A stretch of 64,000 nucleotides of DNA from Balanoglossus misakiensis (Eukaryota; Animalia; Hemichordata), in NCBI GenBank assembly GCA_040954595.2, contig CM082593.2, positions 6,541,579 through 6,605,578 of the forward strand, written 5' to 3'. A model generated the notes under the pieces. It saw nothing but the letters and a program-made list of their open reading frames with translations, searched no databases and was not told where the DNA came from. The position numbers were made by a program, and so were the translations under genes. Of this stretch, positions 50,401-62,179 are shown in pieces (the first letter of the stretch is position 1; each line of letters begins with the position of its first letter).

Positions 50401-53400
50401 CGACCTGCGAAGCATCGGAGGAGGGGAGAGGCGCCGATTTTGCCACTTTGATGGAATCTGGGGCGAGAAAAAAACGTGACAGCCGAACAAAAGTTTAAAC
50501 GTCCTCCCCAGATTTGGGTGAATGGTCGACGGTGGCCGGCTCCGTGTTAAAGGGGTCTCAGTGGAGACACGGGGATAGACACATTCTATGGCTTCTGTGT
50601 AGGAGCTTTGCACTCGCTCAGTGGGTTAAAACAGCCCCAAAACAGGCCCTTTAACGAGGAAGACCGAGTTATCACGCTGCTTGAGGTACACGGTCTTCGC
50701 AATCGGACAGAACACCAGACACAAAGCCAAACTTTCCTCCCCGAGTTGGCAAACGCGGCCAAACGGACACCAAGCTGTACTTATGCTCGAAATATAGATT
50801 TTCTGATATTCACGTGACGGGAAAAGATGTTAGAGCCACACCCCCAATGGTAGACAGGCTCTTTGCAGTAAATTGGCCGAGTGTAGTAGGAAAAAACTAA
50901 AATTTCTGGGTGCTATCTTCGGCCTCGTGGGCACGCTGAATTAACAAAGACCTTGATAAGAAACCTATTATTAGTTCGACCACTAAAATTTCTCTCCAAA
51001 ATGTAACTGGGAGCAGGAAAAACTGCTTACCGTGTCTTGTCCATTGATATGGAGGTTTCCTAGCAAGTTTGGGCAGCTTAAGTGTAGGAGAACTCGCAAA
51101 CACCGGCGTTTCTGAACCGCCATGCTTGATACATCTCTTTGTCCCTGCTTTGTACGCAGGATGCTTTGTTATTGGTCAATTATATGCTTGAATTCGTCAC
51201 ATGACCATATTTTAAAGCTCTCAAGCCGGAGTTTTGGCTCATCGGGGCTCTATCCCGCTGCATCAAAGTCACAAAATGGCGCCAAATACGAATTTTAAGA
51301 GCCCATCTCCGAGGTAGGAGGGGGGTATAAATCCACCGACGGGACGGCTTTCCCCGAAAGTCCAGGCCACAACCTCCTGGCTTATTCACTTGCACGATAT
51401 TTGAAATTATCGAAGAACCGGTGTGATCGTGGAGCGCGTAACGGGTGCACCGTTAATCGCTGCTGTATACGCGTCGACCTAACGCGTATCACTGAAAGGC
51501 CCACAAAGAATAATATTACATTCCTAAACCCCCCACCACCAGACCGTATTTCGGTTCAAAGCTCGGCCCGGCGCAACCTCACGCGAAAAATCGCCACCTA
51601 TGGACCCTCCGACTGTGGCTTTAGCAAGTTCAAGCGACGAAATCCATCGAGATTGTTTACAGAAATCGTCCTGGTGCGATTCTCCGGTACTTCTGTGCGG
51701 TGGCTATTCACATAGCGACAGATTATCCCAAGTTCATATATAAGGTAGCTGTCAAACTACGGCTAAGATTGCAATGTCAACATCTGGGCCCTGTCGCCGG
51801 TGTCACCTTGCACCGTTAAACTAAAACCATAATCTATATTTCCAGACAACGACGAGGTGACGGAGAGACAATCGCGGAATATCGACGCTCCGGGTACCGC
51901 GGATGATTTCCCTCTGATCGGCGATGCAAGATCTTGGATTCAAAAATTTCACTGATTAAGGACAAGTGACGTGACAGTTCGTTTGAATCAATATCAGTAC
52001 GCCATTTGCCGAACGATTTTTTTCTTTCTTTGATAAAATTGCCCAGCCGCCCAAGAAAGTGTCCTGGTTAATCATTCATTTCTGACGCGCAACGCGTCTG
52101 CGTCCCGGAGATGCGTGCCAAGCGGCGCGAGCGAGCGAGAAATGCGGTAAAACACTGGGGCTAATTGGTTCGGGAAACACTTGTAACGGCTGTAATTACA
52201 GATAATAGGGCGGGGGGTAAGCCAGGTTGGATGTGAGGTGTGTGCACATATGTCGCACACAGCGCCGAGACTCTCTCTCGTCCAACGGCCGCCAAGGCTG
52301 CACAGGAATGCCATCACACTTAATTTGCATTATGGCTCAGGCCTATTGAATGGAGCAGGGCGACAATGCCTGCACACACTAGCGAGTTCAGCCCTACTTC
52401 CACTTAACGCGAGGCCTAAAAAGAACTAGTGCAAACGCCTTTTTAGAAAGAAAAAAAAATACCTCAGTCGGGTCTTATTCGCAGCTGCGTCTTGTAAACG
52501 CCCCAGATATCGCCCAGTCTTCTAGGGAAAATTAGCAATCATCAAAACGCAAAAATCAGAGACTTCTGAGGAAAGGTGGTTTGGTTTGGATAGCACCGGC
52601 ACCCACGCTACATTACTGAACCCTGGTAATTCACAGCGAAACATCCGATAACAAACCCAAACCCCTCGGGAGAGATTATACGTACATATAAAGTATGCAA
52701 AATAAGCTCAAAATCCAGCATGATATTTAGGGGAGTTTTCTCCGCTCTATGTTAGGATATACACGCGTGGCCTCAAACGAAGTGCTTAAATTATAACTCT
52801 CATCCGGAAGACTGGCGTTGATAGTTCAAAACGATCGCAATTAATCCATTTAACGCGATGAATTGGATCGAAAGAGTTCACGCAGAGATCTACAGGTGTC
52901 AGGGGCTTGCTACTTGAGTAGAAACCGCATTTTATGTAGTGGTATGTGCTTGGAGGCTGGGGTTCGCCGATTTGTGAAGGAGCCGTCGACCGCACCATTA
53001 GTCGGATTTATGACACGAGTGTCCAGGTGGACATTTTAATACAGCTTAGACAACGTGTGAATACTTCCATGAATTTACATATTATTTTTTTCATGAAAAT
53101 GTTCCTTACTGAAGGAGCACAATATTATGTGCGTTCAAACTTCGTGCCCAGCGACGTTGCCGTGTGCGCTTTCGATTCGCATTCTAGAGCACGGTCAAAA
53201 AGTCAAAGATTATTTTGTGGTTAATAAAATGCATTATGTATACCGAGTTTAGACAGAAAAATTTTGTCTTTTGGGGTTCTTTTTCACGCGATTGCTGTCG
53301 GCAATACATGAAACTCGTCCATGTGGGCAGACATTAGTGGAACAGCGTAACTGTTCTTCAAGGGAATGGAGTTTAGCGTGTGGTGTTCTGTCTGCTGTCT

Positions 53401-54359
53401 GGCAAACTTGCTGTGTTTGCTCGCTTCAAGTCTAAGTCAGGGGTCAATACCCTGAACTTCTGTGGCCGACGATGGTAGCGATTGCTACCAGAACAAATTC
53501 GTGTTGTTGTATTTTGGGTGGCTCACGGGTATCTTTCGTGCGTCATTAACTTTAGCGAAATTCTTGTTCTTTTCATAGAAATCGCCAGCAGGCCGATACT
53601 CGGGGTGTATAGGTAATTAACCCCGGGGCCATTGTTGCATTCCCATGCCGGGCTCCTGAGAGAACAAAACTTGCTAACGGATAGCGGTAAATGTTGGCCT
53701 TCGCTGCACGCGTAGACTTTACAACGGTCACAAGAAGAACATTGCCTTACCTTCTCCGGTTGAGGGAATTTTGTCACGGCTTTGGTGCTCGTCCGTGCTG
53801 CACTCGGAGCCCCAGTTCTGTCCTTCGGAGTAACGGTGCCGTTCGGAGCGTATCCCTCCAGACCGCTCGCTTCTTCAGAACGCGGCTGAATCTCCCCAAC
53901 ACATCACAAAATTAGGGGAGTCAGTTTCTTGAACCGCAAGACCCATTCATGGAAATTTGAAAAGCCACCACATCTCCTACAAAGCCACATCTGCGTCCGG
54001 CGGTATTCGGAATGTCCTCCCCGAGAGAAGGCGACCGCGTTCCGGCAAAGTCGGCGAGTAATCCAAAAATGATCCACGCGGGGATATAGCCTGTCCGCGG
54101 ATAGGTTTGTATCTCGGCTCGTCGGAGAAATGGAGACTAAAACATTCGCGACGACGGCGGGAAACGAGCGAGCGAAAATTTGCTTTCCAGCTCCCCCATT
54201 GCCGCTCCTTCTTTATATATGCATACCGCAACTGAGGGGAATAAAGGGAGCGCTGAAACGGGTCACAGTAAATGGCGTCTATAGAAATCTCTGTGTACTG
54301 TCTCGGGCAATTTGTCTGGGCTGAATATTTCAAAGAACAATACGCCGGCGTGTGCTCGC

Positions 54360-54393
54360 TTCTACGCCTGCGCGCCGCGAGAGCAAGATGGCG
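54360..54393 (+). promoter_or_regulatory. PBLD proximal promoter / YY1-Kozak overlap
   Basis: AAGATGGCG overlaps the start codon; NRF1-like CGCCTGCGC just upstream; CpG-rich. Confidence 0.45.
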
Positions 54394-54522
54394 ACCTCCA
54401 GTGAAGGACGAGGGGTTGGCAACGCAAATGCGGAAGTGGGAGGCATCCGACTGTTCACGGTGGATGCCTTCACTGACAGGCCTTTTTCTGGTAACCCGGC
54501 GGCCGTGTGTCCGCTTGAGCAG
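54388..54522 (+). CDS. PBLD: PBLD exon 1
   Basis: CAAGATGGCG start; encodes ...[24 protein letters not shown]; donor CAG|GTATGG. Confidence 0.92.
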
Positions 54523-57500
54523 GTATGGGCTATATACTCACGTCCAGCTCATTTGCTTCTGAGATCGACGCTTTAGCTAATAGGCCTATGACCCTTGGTT
54601 ACCATAATAAGGCGCGTTATGTCTGTGGTTGCTAAGTGTGCACCTGTACCAATCCGGGTGTGCTACACCATGATCTGCATGCGCATTTTCAGTAGTCACT
54701 GTCTGCGCCCGTCTAGGCCGCCATAAACCAATCTTAGCTACCGCCTGGCAACGCACAGGTGTGTGTGGCTCGAGTGCGTGACTCCTGGTAGTAAGGTCAG
54801 AGGTCATGGTGATGCAGGTGTGCACTGAGGTCTCACCTCGTGATCGGCCAAGAGTGACAGCGACCTGGCAGAAAGGGAGTTTAATATCCCACTTAAAAAA
54901 GATAGCATCTTTGCATATTCTTGAAACATGTAAAACCCCTCGAGAACACCAGACGCCATCTTGTAGGCCTAACGTTGTGGGGAATGCTTTAACTGTAAAA
55001 TCGTGCCAAAATAAGGCCAATTCATCATCAGTCGTGGTATGGGCGTAAAGATTGGTTTGTTTAAGTTTGAAATCAAAGAGGACGTTGAAGGGCGTATACT
55101 ACGTATGTTCCCATGGCAACACCGCTAATCGAACTGAACAATTGTTTGGACGTTTTGGACACCACGAGTGTCTGAGATCTTCCAAGGATAGTGTCGCGTC
55201 AGCATTTTGACCGGTTTATACACGGTTCACTGGCAGGAAACACAATCACATTCCACCCGCCCGTATGTTCTGATAATGCGCCATTGTGACATTCTCCGTG
55301 TTACGAAACCAATCCTTTCAGTATAGGCCTACAGTTCGTTTTATTCCGAGAATTAAAATAGTTGCGTTTTTGTGATTTAAATCAAACAAAAGGGGGCCCG
55401 TTATTTCTCTTGACACGGGCGAGAGTCGCTTGAGACGTCTGGGACGAAAATTAAATTTTGTGCGAACGATTGCGTGCGAAACCACCGAATATGACTATGA
55501 CAGACGTGTGGGCAGACAAAATGATTTCGTCACATACGATAGTGTTGTTGAAGACACGAAAATCATATCACAGTTTGCGACGCTGTGTATTTTAGAAGTA
55601 TAATGAACATTTGTATTCCCTATCCTTGTTTCTTTCGGTCAGATTATTCCTTCGTTTGACACATTTCTATTTTTTGACACAGACTTTGCCTGATGACGTC
55701 AGACAGAAAATCGCGGCCGAAATGAATATCTCGGAAACGGCTTTTATTGAGAAACTTGAGAAAGACACAACCTTTCATTCCGGTGAGACGATTTTTTTAA
55801 TATGCGCATCGTTTTCAAAGACTTGCTATGACAAGTTCCGAATTTGGATCTGCCAATTGACTGTCGGTTAAACAGGGAATGCGCGAGTGAGCGACTTCTG
55901 TCTTTGTCTTGTGCTTTCGTTGACATTTCTGCAGATTTATGAAAAATTATTGATCAGTAATAAACAGGCGTGTTGGCCTTTGCACGTTGTCCTGTGGACA
56001 TGTTTTCGTGATCTCTACACTAGCCACCAACGCGCATTTTCCTGCGCAATGTGTTTGTGAGCGAACGATGCCCATCCCCTTTTGTTTCGGACAGAGTACG
56101 GTCGCACGATTAGAGACAAATCACTGAATAGTTAGCACACTAACACCAAATAAATAGCATTTATGTCATAAATGGCCATTGTTTTGATGACAATGAATAT
56201 TCATTTGATGAATGACCCTCGTCAAAGGAGCTTATTGCTCTGGCCCGGCAGATGTTTACCCTATGAGAGAGATGGCCGGACTCCTTTTCACACAGATTGT
56301 AACATTGCTTAAGGACGGACGCCGTCACGCATTTGTAAATCAAATACATCGAAAGTGACCCTTTGATGATGACAGATTTTCCGGGTGACCTTCTTCTAAT
56401 TATTGCTCAACAATAGGGATATACTGTTTAACAATACTTCTCATTGTGTCCGCTGTGATACACGCCCATAGTCATGTCAGATAACGGAGCTGACGACAGA
56501 TTTTAGCGGTTTATCTGTTGTTGTTTCTAAGAACTTGAGCAACCGTTCACTGACTCGTACTTGGCGTCGATAATGCCAGATCGATATACTTGTTACCAAA
56601 ATCTATAATCATATTTGGAGCTAGTACTTTGACAAAGACTTGATTCTCTTTTGACATGTGTCCTTCTTGAGAATGTTTGTCCCGATTTGAGAGAAAAGGG
56701 TGCTTTAAACTGAAAACAATTTAACGCCTGTGACAAAAGAATGCTAATGAGTGTGTTAATAGCGCAGAATCTACAGACAGTTGACGTACAGGACTGTAAG
56801 GTAGAGTCGTTTGCGGGCGCTCCGTACCTCCACCTTACAGGCTATTGACGTACACGGCGTAGGAAGAACGTCGCCTCAAAAAAAGTTGAGCTTTGGCTTG
56901 CCCCTTCTTCAAGTTTGTCTTGTGTCGTTTTGCATTTCGAAGTAGTTGTAATCACTCGTGAAAATGAACATGCACTAATACTGGTCAAACAACGGAGCTG
57001 TTTTGGCGCAAATTTATATCGTCTTCCTGACTAAATCCTGGTATTATATTTCCCCACAGGCACGCGCTTCAAATTGAGGTGGTTTACTCCCAGCAATGAG
57101 GTCATCCTTTGTGGACACGCCACTTTGGCGTCGGCGCATGTCTTATTTTCCCATTTTGGTCAGTATGAAGAATCTTTGTTTTCCAGAGAGAGTGGGGGAG
57201 AAAGAGGGGGGGGGGAAATAAGTTTCAAAGTTACAAACACAAGGGACTATGTTTGTTACGTTTCTGAAATATTGCTACGAAAATGTGGGACCCGGTGTAG
57301 TCTGCACGAATCTGGAGACACGCAATTGTTTTATACTTCCATTGTCGGCCACACCAGTTTAATGCTTTACCGCCACCACTTATACCAGTGCCCGTTTCTT
57401 TCGTTTTCCTCCTTCACCTCCAGGAAATAAAAACGAGGTGCTGTCATTTGAAACACTGAGCGGAACTTTGTACACCAGACAAGATGGCGATGCTGTAACC

Positions 57501-59033
57501 ATGGACCTGCCGTTGTATTCGACTTTGAAACAGGTAAATGCACTTCGTCATTTTGCATGAAAGATTATCTTTGCACTATAGGGTTAACGCACAATTTCAG
57601 TCCAGGCTACGCATCTACATTGCAAGAGACGCTTTTTAAGAAAACCACTAAAGAAATTTCCGCAAATCTTTCTCTGTTACCATTTTGTTTCGTGTAGGAT
57701 GAAAACAAGGTTTCTGGGGTCGTTCAGGTGAGTTTCATCATCTCGCGTGACATTGTTCCGGTCGTCCGTGCGCAATGATTAACCTGCATGCACAGGTTAT
57801 GGAGTACTTCAAGTTGAAGGAAACCAGGAAAATTAACGTGGAATGGACGAATTAAACAACAGCCATGACGTTTCATGAAGAAACGATTCTTTCTGTATAA
57901 TGAAGTTGACGTGTCGTTCTAGGCCGCCGTCGGACCGCTACCAATCCGCGATATACGTTATAACAGCGACATGAAGAAACTTCTGGTGAGACTTGATGAT
58001 GACGTCACAAGGTAGGTTTTTAATATCAAATGTTGTTGAGAGCGTGGGCAGAATTGGGAGGGGGCGCTGTTGATTCCATCCTACTGCCAATGCATGAAAT
58101 TAAGTGATATTAATATACAAGTTATTTTCAGTGGTCAAATTTTCTGTGGGGTAAGCCGACTTGTTTTTCACTCTGCTACGTTTCAGGGATCAGCTGGAAA
58201 GAATGAGAGTGGATACTGCCGCCATGATGGCGGCTGATGATGGTAGTCACGTGAAGGGTGTCATGGTTACCCTACGCGGCTCTCGCCAGAACGGTTCCCT
58301 TGATGACCACGGGAACGTGTATGATTTCGTCTCGCGCTACTTTGCTCCCTGGGTAGCAATACCGGAAGACCCTGTCACAGGTAACAGTACACGGTAGAAG
58401 ATTTCGACAATATCGTAGTCTCGTCGCAGCCTGCCTTTAAAATAAGCCAAATCTTTTGGGAACGGGTTTCTTGTTTTTCAAAATGTCGAACCTCACACAA
58501 TCGCAATTGCATCATACCAGAGAGGGCGCCCCGCCTCCATATTCATGCCATGTATTCTACACGAAACTGCATGTTTGAAGGGAATTGTTGTATCTCTGAC
58601 GTGACTGCGCAGTTCGGGCATTTTTACAATACATTCCACTTTCTTCATTTATACAACAGTGGTTAAAATGGACGTGAACTCTAGATTTTTGGTTGTTTTT
58701 TTACAGGATCGGCACACGCTGTACTGGCCGGATATTGGTCAAAGGAACTGAACAAGAAAAGCCTCCATGGTGAGTGAGTGTCCGAATATCGGCGGTAATC
58801 ATATCAGCGCAGCATATACATGTACAATCAGCATTTACATTTTTGAAAATTGCCTTGAAATATGAAAGTTGCGTGAACTGACCTCATTTTTCCTTTCATG
58901 CATTTTCAACACAGCTCGCCAGTGCTCGCCGCGAGGTGGCGACCTTCGCATCAGTCTCCGAGACGACGGACGGGTGGACATCACGGGACAAGCAGTCACC
59001 GTGATGCGGGCGCTGTTTTCTTTCGAGCCTTAA
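54388..59033 (+). CDS. PBLD: Phenazine biosynthesis-like domain protein (PhzF/PBLD family), 312 aa; join(54388-54522, 55683-55782, 57060-57158, 57424-57533, 57698-57727, 57923-58011, 58187-58380, 58707-58769, 58915-59033)
   Basis: Nine GT-AG exons, phases 0,1,1,0,0,2,1,1, totalling 939 nt with no internal stop. Family motifs [66 protein letters not shown] and QCSPRGG. Confidence 0.95.
55683..55782 (+). CDS. PBLD: PBLD exon 2
   Basis: ACAG acceptor; [24 protein letters not shown]; donor G|GTGAGA. Confidence 0.93.
57060..57158 (+). CDS. PBLD: PBLD exon 3
   Basis: CCCCACAG acceptor; [29 protein letters not shown]; donor G|GTCAGT. Confidence 0.92.
57424..57533 (+). CDS. PBLD: PBLD exon 4
   Basis: CTCCAG acceptor; [29 protein letters not shown]; donor CAG|GTAAAT. 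Confidence 0.9.
57698..57727 (+). CDS. PBLD: PBLD exon 5 (30-nt microexon, [10 protein letters not shown])
   Basis: Pyrimidine tract plus GTGTAG acceptor; consensus donor CAG|GTGAGT; phase 0-0. Confidence 0.8.
57923..58011 (+). CDS. PBLD: PBLD exon 6
   Basis: TTCTAG acceptor; [26 protein letters not shown]; donor AG|GTAGGT. Confidence 0.88.
58187..58380 (+). CDS. PBLD: PBLD exon 7
   Basis: TTTCAG acceptor; ...[10 protein letters not shown]...[20 protein letters not shown]; donor CAG|GTAACA. Confidence 0.93.
58707..58769 (+). CDS. PBLD: PBLD exon 8
   Basis: TTACAG acceptor; [21 protein letters not shown]; donor G|GTGAGT. Confidence 0.92.
58915..59033 (+). CDS. PBLD: PBLD exon 9 (terminal)
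   Basis: ACACAG acceptor; [39 protein letters not shown]; TAA at 59031-59033. Confidence 0.92.
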
Positions 59034-59175
59034 AAGAGACAGAAAGATTTACAGCAATTACAATTTTTGGGTCGTTATTCGTGCAAAAAAAGTTGCAGCC
59101 TGCAGTAATTGGCAGTTATGTAACTTTTCTCAGGGATATATCACATTTATCAGATTTTCTGCAATTGTACCAGGC

Positions 59176-59181
59176 AATAAA
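59176..59181 (+). terminator. Candidate polyadenylation signal of PBLD
   Basis: AATAAA about 140 nt after the stop, with U-rich sequence downstream. Confidence 0.5.
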
Positions 59182-60219
59182 GTTCATTATACTATATGTA
59201 CTTGTAGAGTCAAATAATTTGTTTTCAGCACTCGACTAAACATTATTTTGGCATGACTTTCACAACGAAACAAGAGAAACCTACAACAGTGATGAACCGA
59301 TTTTCTAAAATACAGCGCCACCAGTGTTCAAAAACTCGGATATATTGATTGGCCGTGTGACTCCTTCCTTGCGCTGGTGTGCTTGTTTAAAATGTGTTGT
59401 TTTTTATTAATAAGTTAAATCATCATCAAAAATGTGCTTGCGCAAAGACAGCTGCGTTTTCTATCATTTGCTGAATACGTTACACGTAATAATCGGATAG
59501 AATAGTGTATTACGCCGTGTTACGCGAAGCGCAGAGCATATGCGAAAAGTTCATTCGCGGTTCATGAGTTCTGGTGGTAAACTTACGCCCTCAAGTTGGC
59601 AAACATCACTGGTTTGCACATGTGTGTGCCAGTGCACGACGGGATTAAAATCACACCTGTAAATATACAAAAGCTCTTATGCTCTTTATCCGAAACGTTG
59701 GCCTAATGTAAACATTAATAAATTCGTTCTGTGACACTTAATATCCTTCGACACACACTGTGCGAACCAAGTGTTATAATATCATGATTGTATGAACAGT
59801 TTTGACGCCCCAATGATGTCACTAGCTGTCACAGGCCAGGGGCGATAATATGAAACATTACATGTATATATATTTAGGTGCATTTAAATACATGTATCTC
59901 CAGAAGCACTATAATGTAATTCACGGAGATTAGCCTCCTTTCCGAAAAAAATACTCAACTTAAAGTGAAATGCTGGATTCGTCAGGGACGGGACGTAGCT
60001 CTAATATTTTCTATATATCTCTTTTGACGAGCTGAAGCTTCGAAATTTCAGGGGTCAACATTCACATAGTACGTATGTTTATGGCAATTACATACTTCAT
60101 TTCACGGCGAGCTTTCATTATGGGGTGTTTATTGATGTTTGTATTAAAGTAATTAGGGGTGGTGGGGGTAGGTTTTCATTTAAAATATGATGGAATAATT
60201 ATCGTATGTCCAAAATATT

Positions 60220-60463
60220 GTATGTATGTATTTTTGCATGTATGTATGTATGTATGTATGTATGTATGTATGTATGTATGTATGTATGTATGTATGTATG
60301 TATGTATGTATGTATGTATGTATGTATGTATGTATGTATGTATGTATGTATGTATGTATGTATGTATGTATGTATGTATGTATGTATGTATGTATGTATG
60401 TATGTACATTTGCATGTATGTATGTATGTATGTATCTACATGTATGTATCTATGTATCTATCC
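60220..60463. repeat. (TATG)n microsatellite with degenerate ends
   Basis: Directly visible, between PBLD and ATOH8. Confidence 0.97.
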
Positions 60464-61468
60464 ATCATGTGACGCGCTCTTGTCAACGATGGTGTTCGAT
60501 GGTCATGGCAGCTTTGACTAGCGATAGCAATCTGTCGTCACCAACCACTTTTAAAGGCATGTATATATACACTTGACACACTCCTCGCCTTTCATTGTGC
60601 CCTTTTTGTCCACTTTTCGCTCAATAGACCCTCTAACTTTGGTCTCAGTGCAGACGGTGAAATTTATATTTTTCGTCCCCGCACAATAATGTGGCAGATA
60701 TTTCAGCGTACTTTTTATACATGGTATTGTTTCTGTAAAAATCGTCTGTATATTAATATTACACATCCTATTAAAATACCTTATATAATCACATAATTCT
60801 TTGCACTAATTTTGCTTTCTGGAGAAAATCATTACAAACACGTATTAACGTAAACAAAATGTGCATGGTATAATTGCCATGAATGTATCTCTGTGTTTTA
60901 ATGATTTGTTTTTGATGATGTCGATATTGTTTATTTATTTGTATTTACTTGGCTCTTCAACCACACTTTGTGTTTTTGTTTTTCAATTCGTATCGCGCAT
61001 GGAGAAAAAGTCGTGGGACACACGTTCGACATTTTTCACACTTTCGACATCCAGCAGCAAGCTGTTATTTTTTTTTAAATATGCACGGTCATAATGTTCT
61101 TCACATGGGTTTATGACACAGATGTTCCGGATATGTTAATAGGTTCAGAGATGTCAGCGCTGAAATCAGCGATTCGGCTTAAAAACTGCAGACAATGCTC
61201 GGCTCGTGTCATTTCCACTAACGAGAGTGCCGAGTATCGCTGATCCGATCGGCGAGCGAACGGAGGAGGAGGGAGAGAGAAATCGTCCGTTACATCTCAC
61301 CCCCTGCCCGCCGCAGAATGGGCGAAGGTTCGTGTGCTCGCAGATAAACATTCGAATTAAGGCTCGCACGAGATCTCCGGCTCCCACCCAATTGGAAAAT
61401 TCTTTAACACATAACATCTGCTTTATAGCCGACACTGTTTACAGTGAGGTATCGGTTTTCAGCGCAGT

Positions 61469-62179
61469 ATGGCTGGGACAAGCCAAATAGCTTACACCTG
61501 TAAGGACGAGGCCAGTGCGGCGTTGGGCGACGACGGAGAGCACTTGATACAGGCGGCGAGAGGGTTGCTGTCGAAGATGGAGAGCGCCGGGGAGAGCGAA
61601 CGGAAGGAGAAGCCGACGAGAAAGAACAAAAGAAAATCGTCCGAGCCGCGGAAAGCGGTGAGACGAGAAATGCTCGTGGAACAAAGCAAAGACGGGGATG
61701 TTGAGTTCGATGACGATGAATACGGCTACAGCTTCGATATCTGCGACAGCGTGTCCAGCGAGGTTTCCAGCGACAAGGGACTGGAGGGCGACGTGCGGTC
61801 GCTGCAAGTTGAGGACTATCGGCAGAGAAACATCTCGCCCGACGAAATCCAGTCGTCCAGCCACGGACTGGGGAAATCCTCGCGGTCCTACAAGAGTCTG
61901 AGCCGGGCGCGCCGTGTGGTTGCCAACGCCAGGGAGCGCAATCGCGTCCACACAATCAGTGCAGCGTTCGAGGGGCTCCGGAAGGCTGTTCCGTCGTACT
62001 CCCACAATCAAAAACTGTCCAAACTGGCCATTTTACGGATCGCGTGCAGCTACATCCTCGCCCTGGCGAGCCTGGCGGACCTCGATTACAGCGAAGGACA
62101 GGACGGAATGACATTTGCCGAGTGCGTCCAGGAGTGTACGCTAACCCTCCAAGCCGAGGGGAGATCTCGACGGCGCAAG
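61469..62179 (+). CDS. ATOH8: ATOH8/Net bHLH transcription factor, main coding exon (237 codons). Likely spliced at 62180; the unspliced reading ends at TAA 62272.
   Basis: RRVVANARERNRVHTISAAFEGLRKAVPSYSHNQKLSKLAILRIACSYILALASLADLDYS...FAECVQECTLTLQAEGRSRRRK matches ATOH8/Net, including the family-specific C-terminal extension. Donor AAG|GTAGGT lies exactly where the similarity ends. Confidence 0.94.
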
